Source: Trichoplax sp. H2 (taxonomy: Eukaryota). Taken from it: a DNA stretch of 64,000 bases. The notes beneath the pieces were generated by a model that was not told the origin of the DNA, did no database searches, and saw nothing but the letters and a program-made list of their open reading frames with translations. Below are positions 1-13,006 of this stretch, piece by piece. Every line of letters starts with the position of its first letter. Within the stretch, counting starts at the first letter, position 1. Location: NCBI GenBank assembly GCA_003344405.1, contig NOWV01000198.1:1-64000 (forward strand). Reading direction: 5' to 3'. A program made the translations under genes and the position numbers.

Positions 1-268
1 ACCCTAACCCTAACCCTAACCCTAACCCTAACCCTAACCCTAACCCTAACCCTAACCCTAACCCTAACCCTAACCCTAACCCTAACCCTAACCCTAACCC
101 TAACCCTAACCCTAACCCTAACCCTAACCCTAACCCTAACCCTAACCCTAACCCTAACCCTAACCCTAACCCTAACCCTAACCCTAACCCTAACCCTAAC
201 CCTAACCCTAACCCTAACCCTAACCCTAACCCTAACCCTAACCCTAACCCTAACCCTAACCCTAACCC
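1..268 (-). repeat. Telomeric repeat (TTAGGG)n, read as (CCCTAA)n on + strand; left chromosome end
   Basis: Uninterrupted CCCTAA hexamers from base 1 to ~268, then an abrupt switch to unique sequence (cccgtccac). Confidence 0.99.
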
Positions 269-1466
269 CGTCCACATTGCAATATTTAGTGCATTGATAA
301 GTTAGGATTAAATTTTACCATCAGGCCTTAACAATTGCCATTAAAAATGATCGCCGTATGGTCTAATAGCGATTCGTGCTATCCTTTCTTATTTTAGTCC
401 AAAACGATAATGCGGGTATTGTTATAACCGCGTAATAGTGCGTTTGTGCCTACTCGGTCGCCGTTTTCATACAGCTGCTGATTTATCAGATACTGTGTAG
501 TATATTTTAGATAAATATTCACGATTGCATGTTTCCTAAATAAAATTTAAATTAAATAGAATAGATTTATTACGATCCTTTCATGATCAGCTATTAGATT
601 TGTAAGTCGAAAGAATAACATTAATAGAGTATATTAAAATAGTCGTACTTCATACGAGTACATCAAAATTTTTCAATGACACAGTTTTAATGTACATGAT
701 TATTACTATTGAGGAGAACAATTGCGATATTGCATTAATTATAGTTATCCATTAGAATCTTCAGGAATTTATTGCAAACCACTAATGCAAATTTGAATTA
801 TTCTACCACCAGTATTTGTAACAAATTTATTGCAGCAGTACCGTAAGTAAACATAAGTATGAAACTTTCAACTAGCGATGCTTAAATACGATCTTGCATT
901 TTGTGATACGATCTACTATACGAGTATTTATTGTTGGGGTGTAAGAACAAGTGACGCAATTAGTTCATAAATTTTTAAAATTTCGATAGGAGATAGGGAT
1001 TTATATAAAACAATTTAAGAACCATTCAAAACTTCCTGTGCAACGCTAACAAACAAATCCAAATGAAATTGACAGCAAATTTCTTGTCAACTTAAATTAT
1101 ATTAAAATAATTATCTGCAATTTAAATGTAGTATTATGAATAATAATAATAACATAAATGCGTTCGAGTTTCAAACAATCCGTTATACAAGGTTGACTTT
1201 AAAAGCATCACTAATTCTAATAATTATAATTAGGCCAATAGCAAAGATTCCAGTTTATATTCTATTTAGCATTGACACCATCAAGTCAATCTATTGAAGT
1301 TTCTTTAATCAAATAGTCTCATTTAGTTATTTACAGTATTATATTATCATATTTCATATCATATTATATATACAGTATGCTGCAATACACATAAAACGCA
1401 ACATTTCGATATTGAAATAAATATATAAAATTAAGTACAGTTCGTTTTTACTGAATAATACTAAGT

Positions 1467-4400
1467 TTAGACCCCATTTCCATCAAGAGGATTCGCAGAA
1501 ATCAGAGATTTTTCACATAGAAAGTCGTATAATTTCCTAGTTTTATTTACATCAATTCTAATAAGAACTCGAGCTTGAGCTAGTTTAAGCGAACCTTGCT
1601 TTTGGTGCTCTGCCAATAATATATCTCTGTATTCAATGTAAGCTTTGGGTAAGAGCCTAAGTTGTGAGCACAGCTAAAAACAAGGAGAAATTGCTCAGTG
1701 AGATCTGTACTTCAAACAAAAAGAAATTACTTGAACACAAAAACTTACTTCCTTTTCGTCATCATCTAATTTTTCAAGTTCTGGTGCGCCACTAATATCT
1801 AATCTTGGTGCCGGTTTACGACCTTTATAAAATATCAAGGTTACTAGCGTAAGATGACTTACCTATTTACTAATTGGCATATAATTTCTTATCAGTGCTG
1901 ACTTACGCATAGGTACTATGGGTTTGTAAGGCTCATTTCTGGGTAGATGAAGCATGAATACATTTATTAATAATATGCAAAATGTGTTAGGCAATTACCA
2001 TGATTGAGCAGGAATGTTATGTAAGCTAATAAGAAATTACTAACCCCGCTGTAAATTGTCTATGAATGTAGCGTTGATAGTAAGAAAAGTTCTGTAGTAA
2101 TTAGATATTAAAATAAAAAATTTGAGAGTTGTGATCCTTTATACATACATTGCAGTCGAATCAGCTCACCTTTAGCGCACTTAATGTATCTTCGAGATGA
2201 TGATGTCTCATTCTTTCGTCCTCCCGTTTGCGTTTTAATTGCTCATAAATATTGCATCCTTATATTATACGATTTTATTATCTCATCTTAACTATCGAGT
2301 AATACAGAATTGAATTAATCTACTATAGCAATATTTAGATAGATCGTCTTTACCGCGAATAGATGTAATCCCATTAATTCTATATTCTTTAAGTTTGTTA
2401 ATCCGTTGTAGAAGCTGGCTTTCAACTATTGTTACAAAGATATGACTACTGTAATTAATACGATATCCTTGAGCTATGAGGCAACTACAGTGATCACATA
2501 CACACACGAGGTTATATAGGATACGGTGACATTGATGTATGTGAAGAATATTTATGTTTATTTTTACGGCTACTTACACAGAATTAATTGTATACGTTTT
2601 TCGTAATCTTCAGGGGACAGGAAACGTGCAAAGGTTACGAATTGTTCTCGCAAATTGCTAAATGCATTGATATGGTGTACAAATACAATATTGCTGAAGT
2701 TGTAAAGTTACTGCAAGACATTGGCTAATAAAAAGTACCTACCGAATAGTTCGGTCGGCCCTTCGATCTATTACTGATGTTATCAGTGGAATATATAATA
2801 ATTACATAAGAATGGATTTGGAGCTTGGTATTTTGGCGTATATATTTTACCTTGCTGTTTCTTGATGTTTAATAGCCCGTATTCTTTCACAAATCTAATA
2901 AATGAACAATTACCTTATCATTATACGAATAGAAAAATATTTGTAGTACTCAATGGAATTGCATAATAGTACCTTTTACGAAGCTGTCTTTGCTGCAATC
3001 TAAAGTTATAGATACTCAACATTGCATACTTATATTCTGAAGCGAATGATTAAGAATACATTAAGCTTTTTTACTTATACAGTGACATTTATAAATTACA
3101 TATTACGCTACCTCTCGATATATCTGCATCATTTTCCTCAGGTTCAGCAACATCCTGTAACATACTTTCCGCGAAGTTATCATATTCCTACATCAATTCA
3201 AGTATTTTATTATCACGTTAAAATTATTCCAATACAGACGACTAATAATTTGATCCTTATAAGCTATTTTGCCTTCGTAACATGATATATTGTAGAGGAT
3301 AATTGTTACCGCTGTACTTTATCGCCAATTATAGAATTGTAACTTACAATTTCGAATTCTGCCCTCGGAGAAATATAACCGGCAAGGTCGTACGACTGTG
3401 GCGAATCAATGGTATAGCGACATAGATCTTCATTAGCTACGTAAAATTTATATATATATATTTAATTTTCACTTATCAGGACTTGATACAGCCACAGTTT
3501 GGTTTGACATTACAGATCGATGACAATTCTTGTGTACACTATTAAGAGTTGAATTTACCTTCGTACGTGATAAGTTTTACGGATTCGTTGATTTTAGAAT
3601 CCTGCAATTCGTTCTTAAAGACTGTCAGTTAAACATAAACAAGCTCAATAGTAATTCCAAGAAAGCATGATGTAGAGCATTTCAATAACCCTAACATTAT
3701 AATAGATCCAGGTACGTATTATAAGATATAGACTAAAGAAATTTTCGTCATACGACTGGATTGTACTAGATAATAATTTAAAGGATAGATCTGTTGACTA
3801 CCTGAGTCGACACGAATACTATTTACTGATTCCATCCAATAATTTACATGACAGACAGTAAAATTTCATCACATAATCACTGCCAAAACTTTACGATTTG
3901 GCACGAACTTTACTCTTTCATGTAATAAGTTTCAACTTGACTGATTGCATTTCATAGTCAATACATATATACTATTTTCGCTAAATAACTTTCAATCATC
4001 ACAAGTTTTGTACCTGGTAGTATCCCTTGGGGGTTATTTATATACACGGAATTGTAATGTGATTCACACTCTGAACAGCAAAGACAGAAAAGTGAATAAA
4101 TACGTACAATTTTCTACTGGTCACATCTTATCAATCTCTTTCATTATTATATATATAATTAGAATAGAATTTAATATTAGTAGCCATATTGGGGACTTTA
4201 GTCAGTGAAGATAAATTTAATTGGGTGGATACAACTGACCGTCTTTATTCTTAGTTCTTATTTGTTTGGCTATTTCAGTCCTAGCATTAGCAATTAAAAT
4301 CATAGTGGAAAGTGTTTTACGATATCAAGCCTATGTATGAATTGTGGAGATCTTCTGATGAGCAAATTAATTATACGAAAGAAGAATTAAATGCCGATCC

Positions 4401-5130
4401 ATACCAGTTACCGCATCCAAATTCATTTATCAACTGCAGCAATTTAGTTTCTTCACCAGCAGTCCAATGCGTTGTAAATAGTGTGAAGTTGTTTCTCTGT
4501 CATTGGGATAGCATACACGTATTATATTATTTTCTAGAATGAATTTGTTGTATATGCTACATTTCATACTAATACTTTCGAAATAGCGTAAAAATATGAT
4601 AATAATACATGCAGAATATTTAAACCGAAGTGAATTCAATTCTATCAGATCTGGATGACAGAACTGCAGTACAGCGCTATTGTAATTGTTGTACACTGAA
4701 CAGTTAGTACTTTCTTTAATGTCGCCCTTACCACTATCTCGTAGGAATGATCACTGCAATGTGTACCAAATTCTACTCCACGGGCGAAACACTATATGTT
4801 AAAACATTTAGATATTGCGAATGAATGAATAACCAGCAGCAGGCTAAAATTTGGCTGTAATTAGCCTGCTTGTCACCAATTCCAAAACAGGTTACATTTA
4901 CAATAGAGATTTGTGCTCGTATTACTTTACCACAAGATAAAGCACAGAAAGTTTACAAATCAATCCTATCAAGTTTACTTCACTATTCTACGTATTTCGA
5001 CTACGCGTGTACAGTATGTGTCCATTTATACCTGCAAGCAAATACATGCATTATTACACTGGCTACACAGGATATAAGGCTCTTCCAGTAAGTTTGAACA
5101 TTTGCCACACCATCTCTCGTTAAGAGGCAT
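1467..5130 (-). CDS. TADA2A: Transcriptional adapter 2-alpha (ADA2A), multi-exon
   Basis: Spliced minus-strand exons give MPLNERWCGKCSNLLEEPYILCSQC...CLQ|CFARGVEFGTHCSDHSYEIV (ZZ zinc finger), HWTAGEETKLLQLINEFGCGNW (SANT) and a C-terminal SWIRM LKLAQARVLIRIDVNKTRKLYDFL. ATG 5130, TAA 1467-1469. Confidence 0.93.
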
Positions 5131-5257
5131 CTTCGAGATCAATCTAAATGTGTGCAAATCAAATTATGCAACTGCAGCTTGCCAATGCCAATGCCTCCGT
5201 CTGGGAATCTACAGCTTGTGAGTCGATGCATTAGTTCGCCAATCGCCATGTCCGAAA

Positions 5258-5498
5258 TACTGTACGGTACTACAGTACTGTACTGTACAGTACACTGTAC
5301 TGTACACTGTACAGTACTGTACACTGTACGGTACAGTGCAGAGTACTGTACCATGTTCTGTACTGTACACTGTACAGTACACTACACCAAGTCGGATCAT
5401 ATGATCAAACTTTGATTGGCGGTCAAAATTTGAATTTTGACCGCTCACAACTAGATTCCTGAACACTACAGTACAGTGCTGTACTGTACAGTACTGTA
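5258..5498. promoter_or_regulatory. TACAG/CTGTA array in the TADA2A-KIF22 divergent promoter (blocks 5258-5385 and 5466-5498)
   Basis: tactgtacggtactacagtactgtactgtacagtacactgtac...; flanked by several CCAAT/ATTGG boxes (~5182, 5239, 5415, 5539, 5574). Confidence 0.7.
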
Positions 5499-6176
5499 TG
5501 TAAAGTGCGGTACGGTAGGTTGGAAGAGTGCCTTTTAGATTGGATTAAGCAGCAAAATCGAATTTTGGTCTTGATTGGTTCACTTCGACACCCAATACTG
5601 TTTCATTAGCTACCTACTTTGCCAAAATATAAAGCAATTCATTGGTATAACTACTTTCGGATCAAGTCAATTTCATGAGTATACTGTACAGTGAATGCCT
5701 TAATCAGTTATCTGCTGATCAGTTATATTACTGTGCAATGCTCGGTATTAATTAGCTATAAAATATAGTATACAGTAATCGTAGATCGATCGATTTAGGG
5801 TTCGGGTTATTTATCGTCTTCAAGATTGCTGTACTGGTGACTCTGTGGTGAGTGAGCAAATCTTGTCGTTGTCATAGTTTTCTATAAATGCTATTTCGTA
5901 CTACATGTTGGTTCGAGTAGTGAGAGAGGAGCTATTATAAAACAGAAATCAGGCTGTACATTGCTTCGGTATGCATCACAAACAATATTATAATATGTAT
6001 GCGAACTTATTTATTCATGGTCACTTAGTCCATTAGCAGAAGAGAGCAAAGGATGGGCTGCGCCAGCTCTTTATCTAGTCTCTTAACTCGTTCACTTTGT
6101 ACAGTATTAGCTAAATTATAGCATAACCAATTGAACTAACTTTAGCTATGATCAATTTTACAGATAAACTAGAAAC

Positions 6177-9100
6177 ATGGCATCTGTCCAAGTTGTTCTT
6201 AGAGTTAGGTCATCAATAGATGATGAATCACCACTAAGGATTTGTGACGACAATCAAACAGTTGATTTATGGAATTATAGATACGACGATACAATTCGCT
6301 TCAAGTTCGTATTACATAATAAGTAATAGAATTCAATGCGGTAATAGTTAAGATTTACAATTAATAATGATGAAATGATTAAGAAAACTCCAATTCAGCT
6401 TCAGTGCATCTTGTTTACGAGTACTCGAGTTCCCGAAACTTTGGTTTTCTCATTAACACTGCAATGATTGATGACTTAATAAATTACGACTATTTTTAGA
6501 TTTGATCGATGTTACAACAGCGATTGCGATCACCAAGAGATCTTTCAAAGATCTATTCAACCCTTACTAAATCACGTTTTCGACGGTCACAATGTCAGCA
6601 TTTTTACCTATGGAGCAACAGGATCTGGTATTGAAACAGTACAGTAGAAACAAATCGATTGATGTTACTGATGTTAATTGTAACCCATGCCGATTTATCA
6701 TAAAATCATACTATTTCATTGATACTTTAAAACTTTTCACGTAGGCAAAACGTATACCATGATAGGAAATGAAAGTGATCCGGGTAATATGCCTAGAAAT
6801 ACCTGTAACAGTAATTTTACCATGTATAAATGAACTGAAATGAAGGTTATAACGGCTAACCATCATTAATTATTTAATTATCGTCACTATAAAAATCCTA
6901 CTGCTACGTGCAGCTTGTCTATAGGAAAGTATTGCGCCTATGTTGATACTGCATGTAATAACGAAACAGCTAGAGACAATTAAATCCTTTCTTTATTAGC
7001 TCTCCTATTCTTTATTGAAATTATTACCTGATATTGTTTGTAGCTATGATAGCTAATATTATTGATTAATCTATCTATATAAATCAAGTACACTTTCCTT
7101 ATATTTCTTTAGGCTTAATCCCCATGGCAGTTAATGAGATTTTTTCTTATACCTCTAAACAACATAAGTTACATAAAAACTGGAAATATAATATTAGCAT
7201 GTCGTACCTTGAAGTTTATCAGGAGAAGGTAACTACGTAGTTTTCTGCAGTAATGCAAGATAAATTTTAACCGATTGGATTCTACTACAATATAGTATCA
7301 TAGATTGCTTAGCATAAATATTGAATAATCACAGTCCACAGTTTCAGTTGTAGAAAAATTTTACTTGTCAAAAACCTCATACATCTCCGTTAATCATAAA
7401 TTTAAAGTCCTTGCAGCTATGTCTAACCCTAAAATTTCTAATGTAGATTTTATTGAATTTAATAATGCAAAATTGATAGATTTACGACCTCATAGCCAGT
7501 GGAAACAAAGATTTAAACTTATATCAAAACAAATCTGGTAAAATTGTTGTCGGTGACTTAGCAGAGTCAGCAATATGTAGTTTTGAAGAATTTTGCAAAG
7601 TCTTTATGAAAGGTAACAACGGCAGGTTAGTAGTATTGTACATACTAGCCTAAATTAAGATAAAATACAAAGTCAACGACAGGCTAAATTACCTTATTAA
7701 TGTAAGCTAGAAGCTCGTGGCTCGTTGGTTATAAAATACTTTCATTAACAGAGTTATGGTATTGTTCATTAAAAATTCATAATTATTTAACTGCTTAACT
7801 TCTCTTATTATTTAGGAGAGTAGCAGCAACAAAACTCAACCGCCAGTCGAGTCGAAGTCATTCCGTATTGCTACTGAAAGTACTGTATCTAACTAGATAT
7901 TTCTAGCAGCAGTTACTTCATCGTTTAATATTCTTCTCTTTCACTACTGAATCGGAATATATTTGTGATGTGCTAGATAGTAATTACAATTGATTGTGTT
8001 TCTACAGGTTGAAAAAACGGATAATTCTACATTAGAGCGATTCAATAGTAAAGTATACTTAATTGATTTAGCTGGATCGGAAGATAATAGGAGAACTGGC
8101 AATAGTGGAGAAAGGTTGTGCTCTTAATTATACTTGTGACTTACAACATCTCTGTTAGTTAGGATATTACATATCGATACACCACATCGAATAATTATAA
8201 TTGCATAATTCATGTTGCTTTATCTCATTACCATGTTGTTATGTAAAATAGATTAAAAGAAAGCGGGACTATCAATTCATCGTTGTTTGTATTGGGAAAA
8301 GTTGTTGAAGCTTTAAATCAGCAACTGGTGAGATTATCAATGTAGTCATTTTTATTCCAGAACTTCTTCGTATGACACAACACCTTTCAATCAATTTCAT
8401 CGCTATTTTAAAAACTTTTATATTGTTTTAATCTGTACAAAATGTTTACATTGACCATGTGTGTTGTATTTATATTCATAATTATGAATTGTAGGCTAGG
8501 ATTCCGTATAGGGAGAGTAAGTTAACTCGACTTCTACAGGTGAGCGATCTTGTAAATATATGCCTAGTAGGTAAGCGAGTGTTATGCGAGTGAATACTAA
8601 TACGCGTATAATTATAATTGTGGATATCTGGATAGGATTCCATTGGCGGTAGTGCGCATTCTTGCATCATAACTACTGTCTCTGCCAGCAAATCAGATTA
8701 CTACAGCACCTATAATACACTCCAATTTGCATCGAAATCCAGAAATATTATAAATAAACCTTTTGCTCAGATTGAAAACATCAAGCCACGTCATGATTTG
8801 TCAGAAACAAGAAAGCGTCGAATTTCCACGGCAGAGGATGATAAAAATAATAAAGTATGTGATCAAATTGCTTTTATATTAATTATATTTTGTGTAATGC
8901 TTTGATCACCTACTGTATTATGTTTCTTGTAATAAAATTATTTTAAAAACCCAGAAAAAGAAATCTTCCGAAATTGTTCATATTGAACACGAAATTGTAA
9001 GTAATATATTTTACAGCAGCGTTTGTATTTAATCATATCTTGGTCTTGGTGCTGATAATCAATCAACTGCAGCAAAAAATTTATGATATTTTTGAGATTT

Positions 9101-10531
9101 TGAAAAAGCTTTATTGCTGTGTCTATTTTTAACTGTAAACTAGATTATTTAGTTTAATAACTAGTTTATGCTATTGCTGTAGGTACGCTTGCATATTTCT
9201 GATCGAATCTTTCATTTTAGGGCACGCATGATAGTTCGCCTGGTATTTCATCCAATAAATGCGGAAAGTAAGTATTATATTATGCTGTGTTTATGTCATA
9301 CTTCCGAATTTCCAGGACTTGCCGACCGATCGAATATCTTCTTTATTATTCCTCCAGTGATACTGAAATTAAGTATCAATTGGCAGAATTTGAAAAAAAA
9401 ATGTTATCAAGGCAGGAGCAACAGACTAAAGCCTTACTCCAGTGTTTAACGAATATGTTTCCTGAAAGCAATTCTCAGCTTGATGGCATTAGATCCAAAG
9501 TAGAAAAGGAATTGGTACATGCATTGCCAAGGGTTGCAACAGCTACTAAGAATAGCGGAGCAGATTCGATAAACGTCTTAAACGGCAAAGAGAATTCAAA
9601 ATTTAATAAACGTCCGGCTGGAGTGACGAAAAATTTGTCTTCTATAGCCCTTAAGCCTATCGAAAATAAACTTGATAACTTGAAGGTTCATCGTCTACAC
9701 AACGTGAATAAACAGGCATTGGACGTAAAGCCGATCACTTGCAGTAAAAAGTTAAGTGATGATAATACCTTATTAGATATGTTGCGGAAAGTCGACGATA
9801 GAACAGCTAGACAAAGTAAGTCTGATTATAATTATTAATTTTGTAATATCAACACTATACTTAATTTACTAGACTTGCATGTATATGATTTTCGTAAATC
9901 TTATTCAAACACCATTTATCAATAGAGGCGTGAAAAGCTAATATTAGCGTTAAGAGAGATTATCAATTTATTGAATTAAAAAGTTAAAACATATGTAAAT
10001 AATTCAGTTTGTTGCTTTTATTTCAGTTGATGATTTACTTCGTATCTTGAACCAAGGAGACTGTAAAAGTTTAACATTACTAAATACTATTGGTAAAAAA
10101 AAAGCTAAAGCCATTATTGACTTTAGGAATATAAACGGAGAATTTTCTGATGTAAGCTCTTTAATATCTTTGTATGCAACATCGACAAATTATGATTTTT
10201 ACTTGATTTCAAAATTTAATCTGTATGCCTATCTTTAAACTAATAGATTGCTGGCTTACAAAAAATACCCTGCTTTACCCCTAACACCGTGAGAAAATTT
10301 GTTGAGGTAAACTGTAACTATTAGTATTTAGACTTTGTTTGAGTTAGTTTATTGGCCACGTTACTCGATTTAAGCCAAAAGAGTAAGAAAATTTAGAATT
10401 TAAGTATTCGCCACACTCGCATAACTAAGCTGCTTTAGCATCGATAATATATTTAGCTATACTTATTATAGAAGCTTTGCTTGGTTTTTACATTTTAGTG
10501 CAACATGTTTTCATCGCTTGATGTCATGTGA
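6177..10531 (+). CDS. KIF22: Kinesin-10 family chromokinesin Kid/KIF22-like, multi-exon
   Basis: [11 protein letters not shown] start; P-loop YGATGS|GKTYT; switch I NRQSSRSH; switch [29 protein letters not shown]-terminal helix-hairpin-helix [16 protein letters not shown] typical of Kid. Stop TGA ~10529-10531. Confidence 0.9.
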
Positions 10532-10799
10532 ACCTATGCCAGAGCGATAAAGTCCAAATGATAAAGGATTTATTACTCCTCAAAATACCCCCATTTATGG
10601 ACTCCCTAAAAATACTACCTACTGTTCAGTATGTAGTAAATTGGATCAAATTATGTAATATATTTATATTACTAGGCAGTTCATCAGCCTTTTAATTTAA
10701 AATTGAAGAAGTCGCTGTAATACCTTAGAGTGTCATACTTTAGCATTGAGTCTTACATATATCATGAATTCTTATAATTGACCTGCTTGTCGAAACCAC

Positions 10800-12500
10800 G
10801 TAGAAGAATCACGGTTAGACCTTTATATTCTTGTATAGTATCATTCAAAACATTTCAAAATCATGTAACATAATTTCCTCTATTTTATTATTACGGTAAT
10901 ACACGTATAACAATAATAGGGTTACGCTCATACAAGTTCTGTATTTTATTTGATGTTTCAATTCTATAGACTTTTGAAATTTATCTAGATATTTCTTGGT
11001 TTGTTTAAAATACTCGTTCATCTATAACATAAATATACGAGTATAATTATAATCAATGCGCATGCATTAAATATAAATGAATTTCATGTCACAGTAAACT
11101 TTAAGCAATAAAATTTAATATAACGTTGAGTACCCATTACTGTATTCATCACGGTGACCTATACTCATGACTTCAAACCAATTATCAAGATTTCCATGAG
11201 ACATTTTACTAATTTCAATATTCAACCGTATCAATGATTTGTACTTTGGTAGCAGTGATGTTACGTTTTTTAGTCAAACTAATTTCTGGTAGCGCCACAT
11301 TACAGAATTATAAAAATATTTTCGATCGCATTGCATTTTTAGGACAGTAGTTGTTTGAGGTACTATTAATACCGTTGCTTTGGCTATATTTGCCTCAGTT
11401 ACGAGATTGTAATTACTAGCTTACGGCACGGCCCTGCAATAGCCTGAAACTATTCTTTAACATGTATAAAGCTAAATTGTAATATACAAATATTTTGTAT
11501 AGCAAATCACATAGGATAAAAAATCAGTTCACGTACCAATTAAAACTTGATTCACTAGGTAAGAATTATATTATAATTATTGTTATAAAAGCTAGATTGA
11601 TGGATAAGATATTCTTAAGGTAAAATATAACTGAGGCATTGGCTCGTAGGGTAGTTTTCATGCAGTGGCCTAGTATACTTTAACCTTGTTACTTCCAAGA
11701 GAACAACGATCGAAACCCTGGCATACAGTAAAAGATGATTGACTTGTACAAATAAAGACGAAAAATTAAAGCAAACCTTTACATTCTTGTATAGTTTCAT
11801 TTAAAATATTTCGAGATCATGTAACATAAATCTTTGCGTTTTATTATATAATTAATATGATTATAAATAAGATCACACTTTTTATAAGTTTTGGATTTTA
11901 TCGATTTTTATACGCTATAGAGAGTATATCTTATCATAGAATTTATCTAGGCATTTTTTAATTTGTTGAAATATCTTGTTAACATAGAATCAGTGCACTA
12001 TGCATCAAATGTAAATGGACATCACGTCAGGCTAAAATTAAGCAGTAAATTTATATGATATCGAGTCCCAAATCCATAATCTTACAATAAGATAAGTCGT
12101 TATTATGACGTAAGTGCGTAAATTTTTCAAGATTTTAGTGACATTTTTTAATAAATTTTAATTTTCAATCTAATCAATATCATTACTCTGGTAGGACGTA
12201 GAAGAACTTGTGATAATAGATTCCAGTAAGACACTATAAGCTGTTAATATATATTCAGTGATACTGTCTTCAGTTACAATAGTACTGGGTGGTGCTACCT
12301 TACAGAATTGTAAAAATTTTCCATTACTCCGCATCTATAAAACGGTAGCTATTTGAAGTACTGTGCTGTAAATGCAATTACTTTAGCTATGTCTACTAGA
12401 GGTACGAGATAGTAAGCACCTGGTTTAGGCAGGCTTTTACATCAGTCTGAAACAATTTCAGCTATATAAAATTAAAATACAATATACTAATTTATAGTAG
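10800..12500. repeat. Diverged direct duplication, ~700-bp homologous blocks offset by ~960-1000 bp
   Basis: ttatattcttgtatagtatcattcaaaacatttcaaaatcatgtaacata (~10823) vs ttacattcttgtatagtttcatttaaaatatttcgagatcatgtaacata (~11779); similarity continues (aatttatctag, ttacagaatt, acgagat..gtaa, ctgaaac). Confidence 0.8.
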
Positions 12501-13006
12501 ATGCTTTTAGTTTCTTGGTATACGTAGAATAGCATTAACATTACTTGATAATTATTAAACTTTGCTCTAATTGGAAAACTAATTATAATCCAGCATCAAT
12601 ACTACAGAATGAGGAGTAAAAACATATTAATCTAATAACAAAATTAATACACAGACATTAACATTATACGCTGTAGATGCACGCCTATACAGACACTGGA
12701 CTATCAAATATATTTTATTTACAGAAGCAAAATTTCTGTACTCGTTTCGCCAAAAATTCATTCAGTTATTACTGCAATCAAGGTAGCGCCCAATGAAATA
12801 TGAATCTTGATAAGTGCTTTGTTAACTGGAATCATATAAAATGCATACGTATACGCTCATATACGATACTGTACATATGTATACAAGGCCTAAAAATTGC
12901 TTTACAACCATATTACAATTATCGCAATAAAAGCATGATAGATGCATAGATATTTTTAAGGCAAAATATAAACGTATGTTACAGAATTTGGACTTGTAAG
13001 GTAATT

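Noticed and set aside
3687..3696. Interstitial telomere-like words (also ~5794 and ~7423)
   Set aside because: Under two units long; expected by chance
5139..5466. ORFs rich in VQYSTV/CTVLY (also 16476-16685 and 54164-54552)
   Set aside because: Translation artefacts of the stop-poor TACAG/CTGTA arrays; open on both strands with no domain signal
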